A stretch of DNA of 64,000 nucleotides. Source: Clostridia bacterium. Lineage in GTDB: Bacteria > Bacillota > Clostridia > JAAYHZ01. The notes under the pieces were generated by a model. The model did no database searches. It was not told the origin of the DNA and saw only the letters and a program-made list of their open reading frames with translations. This document shows, one piece after another, positions 20,155-34,659 of this stretch; the first letter of the stretch is position 1; each line of letters begins with the position of its first letter. The DNA lies in contig JBMNIH010000001.1 in assembly GCA_050950825.1 (NCBI GenBank), positions 32,001 to 96,000 on the forward strand. The letters are read 5' to 3'. The position numbers and the translations under genes were made by a program.

Positions 20155-21954
20155 TTACGGTCTTCCTCGCAGTTTGAATTTGTCGCCCGGATCGTAATTT
20201 ATAAAGTCGGGATTGTTGAAGATTTCGTCAACCATCTTCTGTAATCCGGCGGCATACAACTGTTCGATGTAATGAGCCCATTCGGTGTTGAAGTCGGAAA
20301 TCTGTCCGTTTAACGCCCGATTTCGGAAATCGTTCACAATGGGATTTATCGTCTGCGTATACTCCGCATTCATCTCAACATATTTTTGATACAGATCAGG
20401 TCCCATATAGGGTGAAGAGAGGTATTTGTCGGGGTTTAAAGCGTATTTTTCGTACAAGTTGTATGCATACATATATGCCGGTGCAGACCACCATCCGTTT
20501 TCCACGGCATTGTAGGTTTCAAAGTCCGCCGTTGAAAAGTACGCCCACGTACTGAATACATGAAGCTCGCCTTGGTTTCTGTATTCTTCCGGCAATTCTT
20601 CGTCCGGGGTTTGGATTCTTACGCTCTTGTACGGTTCTCCTTCCCATCTCCAATGAATGCCTTCGATACCGTAATTGTAGCGTAAATGAGTATATTCGCT
20701 TTCGAAAGAGGTGTATTGGAGCAGCGTTAGAAGCCGAATTAATTTTTCATCCGAAACCTGCACTCCTACCATATGACAGCGATATAGCCCTTCTCCGAAA
20801 GGATCGATTCCATAAGTCGCGTCCGTAGCCACTCCTTCCGGCCCTCTGAACATAGGACCCATAACAAACCTTGCATCCGGGTCCGTATTTAACAAGATGT
20901 TCGTAGGAGGCAGCTCCCCGTATCCCCATGTGGTAGGTCGTAAATATCCGTCTCTGTGACATTGGAGAATACCCATCTTGTTTGTTCGGGAGATCTGTTG
21001 GTATTCCAAGTTCCAAGCTTGCTCGCCGGGCAGCTTTTTCATATAACCCTTCTGCAGGTTCTCGGATACCCACTGGAGGTAATCCTTGTAGGGCGTATAA
21101 GCATAGTAAGGAACCGTATCTCCGGTTACCTTATCTTTGTATAAATAATTGACATCATAAGCGAATCCGAACAAGCCTTCTTGAGTCATAGTAGTTGAGG
21201 AGTTAGGCAAAATGTACATCATACCGTATGTATCGTCGATTCCGTTTCCGTCCGGGTCATTTTCAGTAAACTTTCTCAACATATCATTCATTTCTTCAAA
21301 GGTGAAGTTGCCTTCACCGAAGAAGATATTGTCGTTCAGCTCTTCAAATCCCTCGGTTACGACTCGAACGGGATAAAGCTTGCTCATATCCATGCTGTAG
21401 CCGATGGCTTCCAACCAATCCAAATTGATGGCCGTAATGTCGTAAAAGTATTGGCATGCGTTGAATTGAATGGCGGTAATTCCAAGATATTGATCGGTCG
21501 TTCCTTTTACCAAGTTGTATCGGAAGCCGATCGGTACCCTTTCATATACCTCGTATTGACCGGGAAGATAGTTTTTAATCATATCAAGAGGTATGGATCT
21601 TATAACTTTTTCATCATACAATCCTTGGGGGTCTCGAGGAGCAGCGGGCATATAGAAGAAATCGGGAATATCTCCTGCGGCAATCAGGGCGGCCATTTGC
21701 TCTCCGCTATAGCAATCCAAAGGCCAGACCTGAAGATCAACGTTGAACATCTCCTCTAATTCCAGCTCATCCCATCGGCCGTCCTTGTAGTTCGGGCCGT
21801 TTTGGGTTAACCACGTAATTTCGAAAAATTCTTCGAAGGGATTCTCTTCCGGTGCCGTCGTAGTATCGCCCTTCGGCGGCTTTTCCGATTTGCCGCAAGA
21901 TATCATGGCGATGAAACAGAAAACAACCAACAACAGACAAATATGCTTTCTCAT
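20155..21954 (-). CDS. Carbohydrate ABC transporter solute-binding lipoprotein (LplA-like)
   Basis: Lipobox MISC after ATG 21954; AAGDIPD, INLDWLEAIG, DPDGNGIDDTYG, YGIEGIHW. Confidence 0.8.
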   Translation of the reverse strand: MRKHICLLLVVFCFIAMISCGKSEKPPKGDTTTAPEENPFEEFFEITWLTQNGPNYKDGRWDELELEEMFNVDLQVWPLDCYSGEQMAALIAAGDIPDFFYMPAAPRDPQGLYDEKVIRSIPLDMIKNYLPGQYEVYERVPIGFRYNLVKGTTDQYLGITAIQFNACQYFYDITAINLDWLEAIGYSMDMSKLYPVRVVTEGFEELNDNIFFGEGNFTFEEMNDMLRKFTENDPDGNGIDDTYGMMYILPNSSTTMTQEGLFGFAYDVNYLYKDKVTGDTVPYYAYTPYKDYLQWVSENLQKGYMKKLPGEQAWNLEYQQISRTNKMGILQCHRDGYLRPTTWGYGELPPTNILLNTDPDARFVMGPMFRGPEGVATDATYGIDPFGEGLYRCHMVGVQVSDEKLIRLLTLLQYTSFESEYTHLRYNYGIEGIHWRWEGEPYKSVRIQTPDEELPEEYRNQGELHVFSTWAYFSTADFETYNAVENGWWSAPAYMYAYNLYEKYALNPDKYLSSPYMGPDLYQKYVEMNAEYTQTINPIVNDFRNRALNGQISDFNTEWAHYIEQLYAAGLQKMVDEIFNNPDFINYDPGDKFKLRGRP

Positions 21955-22099
21955 AGGACCCTCCTGCAAATACAATTCATATCGAGCATTTGTACATTGT
22001 AAAATTTATCCGGTCCGTACCTTGATATTTTCCTCTGCAGTCGGCTTAATAAATGCCGTTATCCCCTCCTTCGATTTTATTGCCTTATATTTTACCTTT

Positions 22100-22128
22100 A
22101 TTGTAACTATATACCTTTTTAAAGTCAA
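22100..22128 (-). promoter_or_regulatory. SigA promoter of the SBP gene
   Basis: TTGACT-17 nt-TACAAT. Confidence 0.65.
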
Positions 22129-22273
22129 TTGTATTGCCATAAATAGTTAAGTGATTTAAATATTTGATTTTGCTAAAAACCGATCTTTCACCGTGTGTCA
22201 AAATATTCTACAATTGATATGATACCGGTATTATTGGTATAATCAATTTCAATAAGCTATACGGAGAGTCGTT

Positions 22274-23252
22274 ATGAAAATTATGTTTCCCGAATACGAG
22301 AATAGTCTTTTATCTCTTGTCTCATCGGTTTTGAGTCATTACTGTGTTGAAACGACCCACAAAACGTTATCGGCTTTCGACGCTCTATTGAAAAAGAAGC
22401 ATAAAAATGTTGTTGTCATGCTTTTCGACGGCATGGGTTCCTCTATTTTGGAAAAACATCTTTCGCCTGACTCTTTCTTAAGACGCAATATGCGAAGCAT
22501 CATTTCATCCGTATTCCCTCCCACAACGACAACGGCAACCGTTACCATGGAAACGGGGCTTTCCCCCGTCGAACACGGTTGTCTAGGATGGAGCCTTTAT
22601 TTTGAAGAAATAGGATCAAATGTAGACATCTTCCCGAATACTCTTTCAAGGTCGGAAGGGATACCGGCTGCTTGCTATCATGTCGCCGGTAAATATTTAC
22701 CCTTTGAAAGCATAGGTACAAAAATATAAAAGCTACCGAAGATCGTGTTAAAGCATACCGTCTCTCCATTCTCATCTTTCCGTATCCAAAGCATGGATGA
22801 AATTTTCCAAACAATCGAAGATCTATGCAACGAGGAAGGTGAAAAAAAATATATATATAGTTATCGGCCGCAGCCGGATAGCGGCATGCATGAATTCGGT
22901 ACAAATGACATCAGAATTACCGCTTCCTCATAGATACAAGCCGGCGATATATTCAAGATTATCCCGATATCACGGAATGTCTTATACGAATTCCGTCCGT
23001 CGAAACAAGAGCGTTATCCTTCTTTGTTAAGAAAGGTATAGAAAAAGCATTTGAGACGTCATTTGTAAAGCATTTCGGAAAGTACTTCATCCGTATACAT
23101 ATAAATTTATCGGAGATTATATGGGAATTGCAAAAGGGAATATCCGTCCGGATTATTCACCTCTTTCGTTTCGCAACTCTTTTATTGGCGTACATGCAGG
23201 GATGACCGAAGAGGAAATGCAGGTACCGTTTATTACCATAGAATGCATTTAA
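22274..23252 (+). pseudogene. Degraded alkaline phosphatase/nucleotide pyrophosphatase family gene
   Basis: LFDGMG, SVFPPTT and HG..GW in fragment 1; PDSGMHEFG in fragment 2; C-terminal HAGMTEEEMQVP ending TAA at 23252; several frameshifts. Confidence 0.85.
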
Positions 23253-23264
23253 AAATTTTACAAG

Positions 23265-23293
23265 AAAAAAAAGCCTGTAAAAACAGGCTTTTT
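23265..23293 (-). terminator. Terminator of the rRNA operon
   Basis: AAAAGCCTGT-aaaa-ACAGGCTTTT directly after tRNA-Asn. Confidence 0.8.
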
Positions 23294-23369
23294 TGGCTCC
23301 CCAAGTAGGACTCGAACCTACGACCCTGCGGTTAACAGCCGCATGCTCTACCGACTGAGCTATTGAGGA
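23294..23369 (-). tRNA. tRNA-Asn (GTT)
   Basis: TCCTCAATAGCTCAG...CTGTTAA...GTTCGAGTCC...GAGCCA cloverleaf with encoded CCA. Confidence 0.97.
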
Positions 23370-23414
23370 TCGTCCGAACCATGACCGGATTCTACCGATT
23401 CATGGTTCATAATT

Positions 23415-23531
23415 TTCCGGCAGCGACCTATCTTCCCGGGGCGCCACGCCCCGGTATTTTCAGCACCGAGAAGCTTAACTGCCGTGTTCGGGATGGGAAC
23501 GGGTGGGTCCTTCTCGTTATTGCCACCGAAA
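23415..23531 (-). rRNA. rrf: 5S rRNA
   Basis: CCCGTTCCCATCCCGAACACGGCAGTTAAG on the minus strand; ends approximate. Confidence 0.95.
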
Positions 23532-23608
23532 ATCTTTATTCTCTTCGCGCGCTTTTTATCGCACCCTCAAAACTGCATAATACGTCTTTTTTCTTCAGCG
23601 ACGACCTT

Positions 23609-26529
<2,921 letters not shown>

Positions 26530-26787
26530 TTTCCTTTGGTCCATCATTTCATATAGGTTGATTGTCCCAAGCTCGTCGCTTTTCCTGATTATTTTTTTAG
26601 CATTGTTTCAGCATTGTTTTTTTGTCGTTTTCGATAAAATTGCAGACTCAGTGAGTCACTCGTTACCGTTTTTTATTTCGGCTTCTCGTTTTAACTCTCT
26701 TTGTCTTCCTTTTTGTCGCGGTTCCATTCTTCATGGAACCTTTTGACGCATTATGCAGTTTTCAAGGTGCGATCGCTTGCGCGTTCT

Positions 26788-26864
<77 letters not shown>

Positions 26865-26946
26865 TCAAATCCTTGATCATGTACAGTGTATTGAACCGTC
26901 AATCGACCTTATACGATTACGGCGAAATTTCTTCCGTCGTCAATCT

Positions 26947-28490
<1,544 letters not shown>

Positions 28491-28685
28491 TTCAATCTTC
28501 AAACCCTCTTCGGGTCTCTTGTTTGTCCTGTCTTTTTTTTAGACTTTTTGTCCCGTGCGATTTTCTCGCACTTTGGATTTACTTTTAAATGTTAAACTCT
28601 CGCTTTTTCAAGCTTAAGTTTGACGGGTTCAATACACTGTTCATTTTTCAAGGTTCTGCGCCGTCTATTTCCGGACGGCTCGTTT

Positions 28686-28715
28686 ATAGTAACATGATAT
28701 CTCATATTATGTCAA
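28686..28715 (-). promoter_or_regulatory. rRNA operon promoter
   Basis: TTGACA-18 nt-TACTAT with TG, followed by boxA-like GAACCTTGAAAA and the 16S processing stem arm (28620-28642, pairing with 26881-26902). Confidence 0.75.
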
Positions 28716-28876
28716 GAGTTTTTTGAATAATTTTATCGTTTTGCGTGTCGTCTTTTGCATACCGATATACGGTCTTATTCATTTCAATATTTATACAAAA
28801 TCCCGTACCCGAGCATGTTCAACGATTTAATGTTTTGTATCAAAATATGGCAACGGTCAATATAATGTAGCAACCG

Positions 28877-29671
28877 ATGAGTTTGGAGATCCATGCTTTG
28901 CGAAAGCTTATAGAAATAGATAAATTAAATAAGAAAATAAAAAACGGAAACAAAGAGGTAATATTAATTGAAGACCTTTCTTTAGAAATCGATTACGGAG
29001 AAGCCGTAGCTGCGGTTTGCTCTCCGAATCCGGGGCTTACGTATCTTTTGACTTGTCTGTCCGGTATGAAGCATTCGTACGAAGGTATAATACGATACGA
29101 TGCCGAAATTGAAAAAGATTTGTATTATAAAGTCCTATACACATGCAACAAAGACGTAATGTTCGAATGGCGAACGGTATTCGACAATACGCTTTTATTT
29201 TTAAAAATAAACTCAAAACAAAACGATGGCGACGAAGAGCTCCAAAAATATGTTTTGGATACGTTCGAAAAATACAAATTGACAAAATACAAAGACAAGT
29301 ATCCATCTTCTTTGTCCGGAAGCATTAAAAATAAAATTTCTATAGTAAAGCATATGATGCTAAAACCTACCCTTTTGATTATGAATGATAATTTTTCTAA
29401 TATCGATTACAAAACCAAAACGGAATTGCTTCAAATTCTGCGAAACCGTTTCCTTTGCGACAAAAACGCCATCCTGTATGCAACGCAAAACATTGATGAT
29501 GTGTTTTTATTGGCCGATCGCATTTTACTGTTGAAGCCTTATCCTTTATCCTTGGTAGCATCCATCGACATTTCGGATATCGGTAACGAGAGAACTCCCG
29601 AGCTAATTAAAGAAAGCCCGGCATATACCGAGCTTTCGAATCTTCTTTCCAAAGAGCATTTATATGATTAA
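28877..29671 (+). CDS. ABC ATPase-like protein (SsuB/TauB-type) with degenerate catalytic motifs
   Basis: Collinear with sulfonate/nitrate ABC NBDs (FEWRTVFDN, YPSSLSG, LLADRI), but Walker A, Walker B and H-loop are altered; may start at a TTG slightly downstream. Confidence 0.7.
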   Translation: MSLEIHALRKLIEIDKLNKKIKNGNKEVILIEDLSLEIDYGEAVAAVCSPNPGLTYLLTCLSGMKHSYEGIIRYDAEIEKDLYYKVLYTCNKDVMFEWRTVFDNTLLFLKINSKQNDGDEELQKYVLDTFEKYKLTKYKDKYPSSLSGSIKNKISIVKHMMLKPTLLIMNDNFSNIDYKTKTELLQILRNRFLCDKNAILYATQNIDDVFLLADRILLLKPYPLSLVASIDISDIGNERTPELIKESPAYTELSNLLSKEHLYD

Positions 29672-31096
29672 TCAATCCATTTTTTCATAAAAAGCTTTGT
29701 ATCCTAAATAAGCGGAATACAAGTCGGCCTTGCTTGCGACCTCTAAGGTGGAGTGCATTCCGATAACGGGAATACCGCAGTCGATAACTTCACTGCCTAG
29801 GTTAGCAACAAATTGGGCAATGGTTCCGCCGCCACCCTTGTCCATTTTCCCTAGTTCGGCGGCTTGCCAAGGTACATTGTTATCGTTGAAAAGCTTTCTT
29901 ACCTTATGCACAAATTCGGCATTCGCATCGCTTGCACCGCCTTTTGCGTTACCGCCGGTGTATTTCATAAGAACAACGCCTTTTCCGATAAAGGCTGCAT
30001 TGTTCGCTGCATGAAGCCCCTTAAAATTGGGATTTACTGCGGATGAAACGTCTGCGGAGAGTACCTTCGTATTGACAAAGCATTTTCTCAATCCCAAATC
30101 CGTATACGGTCCCGTTTTTACCAGCAACTCCGCCAAAAAGTCCTGCAAGAACATTCCGCGAGCGCCGGTGTTGCCTACGCTGCCTATTTCCTCTTTATCG
30201 CTCATGTAGCATACGGCAGTCTTGTCCGGAGTTTCGGACATATCGAATAATCCCATTAGAGACGCATAAGCACAAATTCTGTCATCGTGGCCGTATGCGC
30301 CGATTAAACCCCTGTCAAGTCCGATATCTACGGCTTTTTGGGTAGGCACGATTTCAAGTTCTGCCGAGACGAAATCTTCTTCCTTGATACCGTACTTTTC
30401 GTTCAATATATTTAAAACGTTTAATTTAATTTTTTCGGACACTTTATCGTCTTGAAAAGGAATCGAACCTACAACCACATTCAAATCTTCTCCCGTTATA
30501 CCTTCCGACATCTTTTTCGCCATCTGCTCTCTTGCCAAATGAGGCAGCAAGTCGGTTATGGTAAAGACCGGGTCGCCTTCGTCTTCGCCGATGGAAATCT
30601 TGATTTTTTCGTTGTTCTTGTTGTAGATAACGCCGTGTAAAGCCAAGGGAGTTGCAACCCAATGGTACGTTTTAATCCCGCCGTAATAGCGAGTACGAAA
30701 TAACGCCATTTCGCTGTCTTCATATAAAGGATTCGGCCTTAAGTCCAAACGAGGTGCATCCACATGAGAACCGATTAAATTGACGCCTTCCGCTAAAGGC
30801 TTTTTACCAATTACGGCGGCAATTACGGTTTTATTGCGCGATACAAGGTAAACCTTATCTCCTTCTTTAAGCTCGGTGCATTCATTGATATCGGAAAATC
30901 CTCTGTCCAAGAGCATTTTTTCAACGAATTCCACGCATTCTCTTTCCGTTTTGCTTTGATCGGAGAATTTTTTATACCCTTCGGCAAAATCATGAATTTT
31001 TCGAGCATATTCTTCATCGGCTTTCAACCAAACATTTTTGGTTTTGCTAATCAATTCTTCTTCTTTTCTTTGTCCTACGGTTTTACTGTCTGCCAT
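29672..31096 (-). CDS. M18 family aminopeptidase
   Basis: GSHVDAPRLD, YYGGIK, GHDDR, EEIGS, GGGGTIA, GMHS. Confidence 0.93.
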   Translation of the reverse strand: MADSKTVGQRKEEELISKTKNVWLKADEEYARKIHDFAEGYKKFSDQSKTERECVEFVEKMLLDRGFSDINECTELKEGDKVYLVSRNKTVIAAVIGKKPLAEGVNLIGSHVDAPRLDLRPNPLYEDSEMALFRTRYYGGIKTYHWVATPLALHGVIYNKNNEKIKISIGEDEGDPVFTITDLLPHLAREQMAKKMSEGITGEDLNVVVGSIPFQDDKVSEKIKLNVLNILNEKYGIKEEDFVSAELEIVPTQKAVDIGLDRGLIGAYGHDDRICAYASLMGLFDMSETPDKTAVCYMSDKEEIGSVGNTGARGMFLQDFLAELLVKTGPYTDLGLRKCFVNTKVLSADVSSAVNPNFKGLHAANNAAFIGKGVVLMKYTGGNAKGGASDANAEFVHKVRKLFNDNNVPWQAAELGKMDKGGGGTIAQFVANLGSEVIDCGIPVIGMHSTLEVASKADLYSAYLGYKAFYEKMD

Positions 31097-31225
31097 ATTT
31101 CCAAACCTCTCCTAATTATTAAAATACTCTATTTCATACTTTATCACTATTTTTATTATAAATCAAAAAAAGGATCCTATTTTAAAGATCCTTTAAAAAT
31201 TTGCTTCGTTCTTTTTCCGATCAAA

Positions 31226-31813
31226 CTATATTTTAACAAAATCCGGATCGGAAGAGCTTTCGGAATAGACGTCCTTTTTCATTATATATAACGTTTCTCT
31301 AAAATTAAAAACTTCTTCTTTCGAATACCATTTGACATCAAGGCAAATGTTTCCTTCTGTGTGTTCAATCAAAAGAAGCGCTCTTTTAGAAAACGTATAA
31401 GCTAACGCCGAGATAACGGCCAACAAAATGGTCAGCGGGGTGTACGATCTTAAAAAGCGGTATACGATCAAGGACACAATGACAAAGATTAAACACACGA
31501 TCAACATGGTCAAAGGATATCGAGTTCCGTAGGTTGTGGATTTAATGTTTTCTACGGGGATTTTATTTCTTCGATTGTGTATACGAGGCAGCGTTCCGTG
31601 GATTCGTTCCATAAGAACACCTTCTTGGTAAAGATGTTTGTCCGTCAATACCAAAACGGTACGAGTCCTTTTTCCGGCTAACCCTCTTTTTAAATATCTC
31701 GATCCCAAGACATTAATCAAGGTTTCGCCTTTTTCCTTCACATAATCCTCCAGCAGTTTTCTTTTGCTTTCGGACAACATACTGACATTGTCGTAGCTAA
31801 TTCTCTCATCCAT
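31226..31813 (-). CDS. Hypothetical membrane protein (PH-like domain with a TM hairpin)
   Basis: 195-aa ORF with an LVLTDKHLY beta motif and two TM helices. Confidence 0.55.
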   Translation of the reverse strand: MDERISYDNVSMLSESKRKLLEDYVKEKGETLINVLGSRYLKRGLAGKRTRTVLVLTDKHLYQEGVLMERIHGTLPRIHNRRNKIPVENIKSTTYGTRYPLTMLIVCLIFVIVSLIVYRFLRSYTPLTILLAVISALAYTFSKRALLLIEHTEGNICLDVKWYSKEEVFNFRETLYIMKKDVYSESSSDPDFVKI

Positions 31814-31919
31814 TTTATCGCAACACCCTTTTTGATCGATTTATTATATTATATCATTCTTTCCTTTGACATGTCAAAAAATGCTACACTTTTCCATTGA
31901 ATTTGCAAAACCGACATAT

Positions 31920-32696
31920 TCACTCGGATATTTTACTTAAATCGTACTCGATATTAAAAGACGTTAAAAATTCGTTTTCGCTTAATGGAATCGAGGAAGC
32001 AATAAACCGGATATGATCGTTGTAACGCGATGTTACGGAAATCGCTCTCGTTTCGTCGTCGGAAGTTTTTTCGTGATTATCCTTATACACGGTTTCATAA
32101 TGTCCGATAAATTTATCCGTATACTCATTATCCAAAATCCAATATCTTTCAAAGGTTAGGGTATTTTGTTCCGAGTCATATTCCAACCCTCGAACTCCGG
32201 AAAATACGTTCAACCATTCCGGAAAAGGCTTTATAATTCGATCCGGATATTCATTGTCTATATACGGGAAAACAATGGAATTGTACACCGAATAAATTTT
32301 CACCGATAAAGAAACACGGTCGTCTTCATCGAAACGAATGGTGATATGAATTTGCTTATTTTTTACGGAGTATGAGTTTTCCGATACTTTGGGAATGGAC
32401 ATTTCGAATAATTCTTCCGTGTTTTTAATAAAGCTCTCCATACCGCCGCTTTTGTCATAGGTAACATCATAAGTCAATACTTCTTCCTTCGGGTCATAGT
32501 ATTTATGAAGATAGATGATTTTACCCGAAGTCAAATGTGTATCCAAGCCGTATATGTCCTCCAATAAGGCTTCCGTCGGGTGTTCCGTTAAATACGGGTC
32601 CAATGCCGAATAATCCTTCGGTTCTTCTTTTGCTTTACATGCGGATAAAAATATCAATATTAAAATCAAGCTATATGCAAGAAAAGCTTTTCTCAT
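31920..32696 (-). CDS. Hypothetical lipoprotein
   Basis: Signal peptide with lipobox LSAC; GAGG RBS. Confidence 0.7.
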   Translation of the reverse strand: MRKAFLAYSLILILIFLSACKAKEEPKDYSALDPYLTEHPTEALLEDIYGLDTHLTSGKIIYLHKYYDPKEEVLTYDVTYDKSGGMESFIKNTEELFEMSIPKVSENSYSVKNKQIHITIRFDEDDRVSLSVKIYSVYNSIVFPYIDNEYPDRIIKPFPEWLNVFSGVRGLEYDSEQNTLTFERYWILDNEYTDKFIGHYETVYKDNHEKTSDDETRAISVTSRYNDHIRFIASSIPLSENEFLTSFNIEYDLSKISE

Positions 32697-32782
32697 ACTT
32701 AATACTTAACCTCAATCTATGTTCTTTCAATATATTGCACCGTCGAAAAATTTATATGAGTCGTGAATCGATCAAAAACTTT

Positions 32783-33592
32783 TTACTTATCGATTCCGAA
32801 TTTTCTCCGGATGTTTTTCATTACAACATCCTTCGGCAGCAGTCGGGATGCCAAATGCAAAAACCGAGAATTTCTTCCGACGGCATAAAACATCTTCGGT
32901 TTTTTCAATTCCATAATCTTTACAATCTTTTTTGCTATAATATCCGGCGAATCGCCGTTGTTTATGCCGGCATCACGCATATCCGATACTTTTTTGTAGT
33001 AGGGATAATAATCGGATTCTTTGGAACAACTTTTTTCTTGGTATATGTTTGTTTTCACGAACACAGGAGCAACCGCCGTCACAAAAACTCCGAACTGTCG
33101 GGTTTCGCTGTTAAGAGCAAAAGACAGGGTTTCCATAGCCGCCTTGGCCGATGCATAAACGGCCGAAAACGGAACCGGTGTACGGGATGCAAAAGAAGTG
33201 ACATTAATAATCAGCCCCTTTTTTTGCTTTCGCATACCGGGTAACACTCCTTGCATCACAATGCTATGTCCGAAAAGATTAATCTGAAAAAGCTTTTTGA
33301 TTGTATCTTGGGACAATTCCTCCAAAGGTCCCATTAAACTGGAGCCGGCATTGTTGATTAATACATCAACCGTCGGTATTTCCGAAAGCAGCCTTTTGAT
33401 GCTCTCTTCATCGGACAAATCCAACCTTTTGTAAAGAACGCCTTGAACCTTATCTTCTTCCTTTAATCTTTCCGGTTCCCTGCAGGTACCGATAACACGA
33501 TAGCCTTTTTTGACCAATTTTTCGGCAGTCGCTCTTCCGATTCCTTTGGATGCTCCCGTGATCAGCACGGTTTTTTCTTTTTTATCATTCAC
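32783..33592 (-). CDS. SDR oxidoreductase (candidate 3-keto long-chain-base reductase)
   Basis: TGASKGIG, NNAG, YASAK; basic residue after beta-2 (GTCR) suggests NADPH; 2 bp from the VOC gene. Confidence 0.85.
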   Translation of the reverse strand: MNDKKEKTVLITGASKGIGRATAEKLVKKGYRVIGTCREPERLKEEDKVQGVLYKRLDLSDEESIKRLLSEIPTVDVLINNAGSSLMGPLEELSQDTIKKLFQINLFGHSIVMQGVLPGMRKQKKGLIINVTSFASRTPVPFSAVYASAKAAMETLSFALNSETRQFGVFVTAVAPVFVKTNIYQEKSCSKESDYYPYYKKVSDMRDAGINNGDSPDIIAKKIVKIMELKKPKMFYAVGRNSRFLHLASRLLPKDVVMKNIRRKFGIDK

Positions 33593-33594
33593 TT

Positions 33595-34659
33595 TTAGTC
33601 CCGCCCTATATCCAACAGTTTTAATACAAAGTCAGGCAGCGGTTTTTCTCGATCTCTCTTTCTTAAGTCGATAAACCACCCTAATTTCTTGATAACAGGG
33701 ATTTTATGGGTTTCCACAAACTCGATCAACGTCCCGTCGGGATCTTCTATGTAGGAAAAACGGCCGGCTCCTTGTCCCATATCGAAGGATTCTCCTTTTT
33801 GCCCGGCACCGCTGTCCACCGTAAAAGGAAAACCGGCTTTCTCGCATTTTTCTTTTAACGCATTCATATCCAATACATCAAAACACAAATGGATAAAGCC
33901 CAAATCGCCCCATAACCGGTCTTTGAATATTTTCTCTCCTTTTCGTTCTTCGGACCTTATCAACTCGATTTCGCTTTTCCCAAAAAGCCGGGAGAAAGGA
34001 CCGGGTCTTTTATTGCTATGAGTTAAAAGCACACGCCTTAGTATCCATGCTCCTCCGGGGATTTCTTTGTAGTCGTCGAAAGCTTCGGTACGGTCGTAAA
34101 GGATCCGGTCGTATCCGAGCACATCTCGATAAAAGGCAACGGATGCCTCCATGTCGGAAACACCGATTACCGCTCCGAATACGCCTCCGTTTTTGTATTT
34201 GGTTTTCTTAAAGACCTCTTCCGTTTCCACCGCTTGAAAAAGGTTTCCGTAAGGGTCGGAAAAATACAACACGCTCCGACCGTCCGGGGATTTTTTCAAA
34301 TCCCCTAAGACGGCGACATTTTCTTTCTTTAGCCGGTCATACAAGGCTTTCACATCTTTGGATTTGATTTTGGTCATATGGATGCCCAAATCTCCTAAAT
34401 GAAGGTCGAAAGCAGGCGGAGAAGGTGTGCGATCAACATACTGCCAAATTTCCAAGCCTCCCCCTCCCTGCAGATTGTACGCCATAACCGCGTGCCTTTT
34501 TTGAGGCTTTCCGGCGGTGTAAGGCAGCATCAATTCCGCCGTTCCGGCATCGTCGATAACCGGCGTGTTAAATCCTAAATGCTTGTGATACCAATCCAAG
34601 GCCTCGTAAACTTTCTTAACGCCCACTCCCACTTGTTGAATTCCGCTTATTAAATTCAT
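33595..34659 (-). CDS. Two-domain VOC (glyoxalase-fold) protein
   Basis: GIQQVGVGV, DPYGNLFQ, FIHLCFDV, EDPDGTLIEFVE; overlaps the upstream gene by 4 bp. Confidence 0.85.
   Translation of the reverse strand: MNLISGIQQVGVGVKKVYEALDWYHKHLGFNTPVIDDAGTAELMLPYTAGKPQKRHAVMAYNLQGGGGLEIWQYVDRTPSPPAFDLHLGDLGIHMTKIKSKDVKALYDRLKKENVAVLGDLKKSPDGRSVLYFSDPYGNLFQAVETEEVFKKTKYKNGGVFGAVIGVSDMEASVAFYRDVLGYDRILYDRTEAFDDYKEIPGGAWILRRVLLTHSNKRPGPFSRLFGKSEIELIRSEERKGEKIFKDRLWGDLGFIHLCFDVLDMNALKEKCEKAGFPFTVDSGAGQKGESFDMGQGAGRFSYIEDPDGTLIEFVETHKIPVIKKLGWFIDLRKRDREKPLPDFVLKLLDIGRD

Noticed and set aside
23376-23408. GAACCATGA...TCATGGTTC hairpin between 5S and tRNA-Asn (similar hairpin near 26720-26740)
   Set aside because: Most simply explained as rRNA-operon spacer or processing structure
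32537-33244. 235-aa plus-strand ORF
   Set aside because: Antisense to the SDR, with no recognisable motifs
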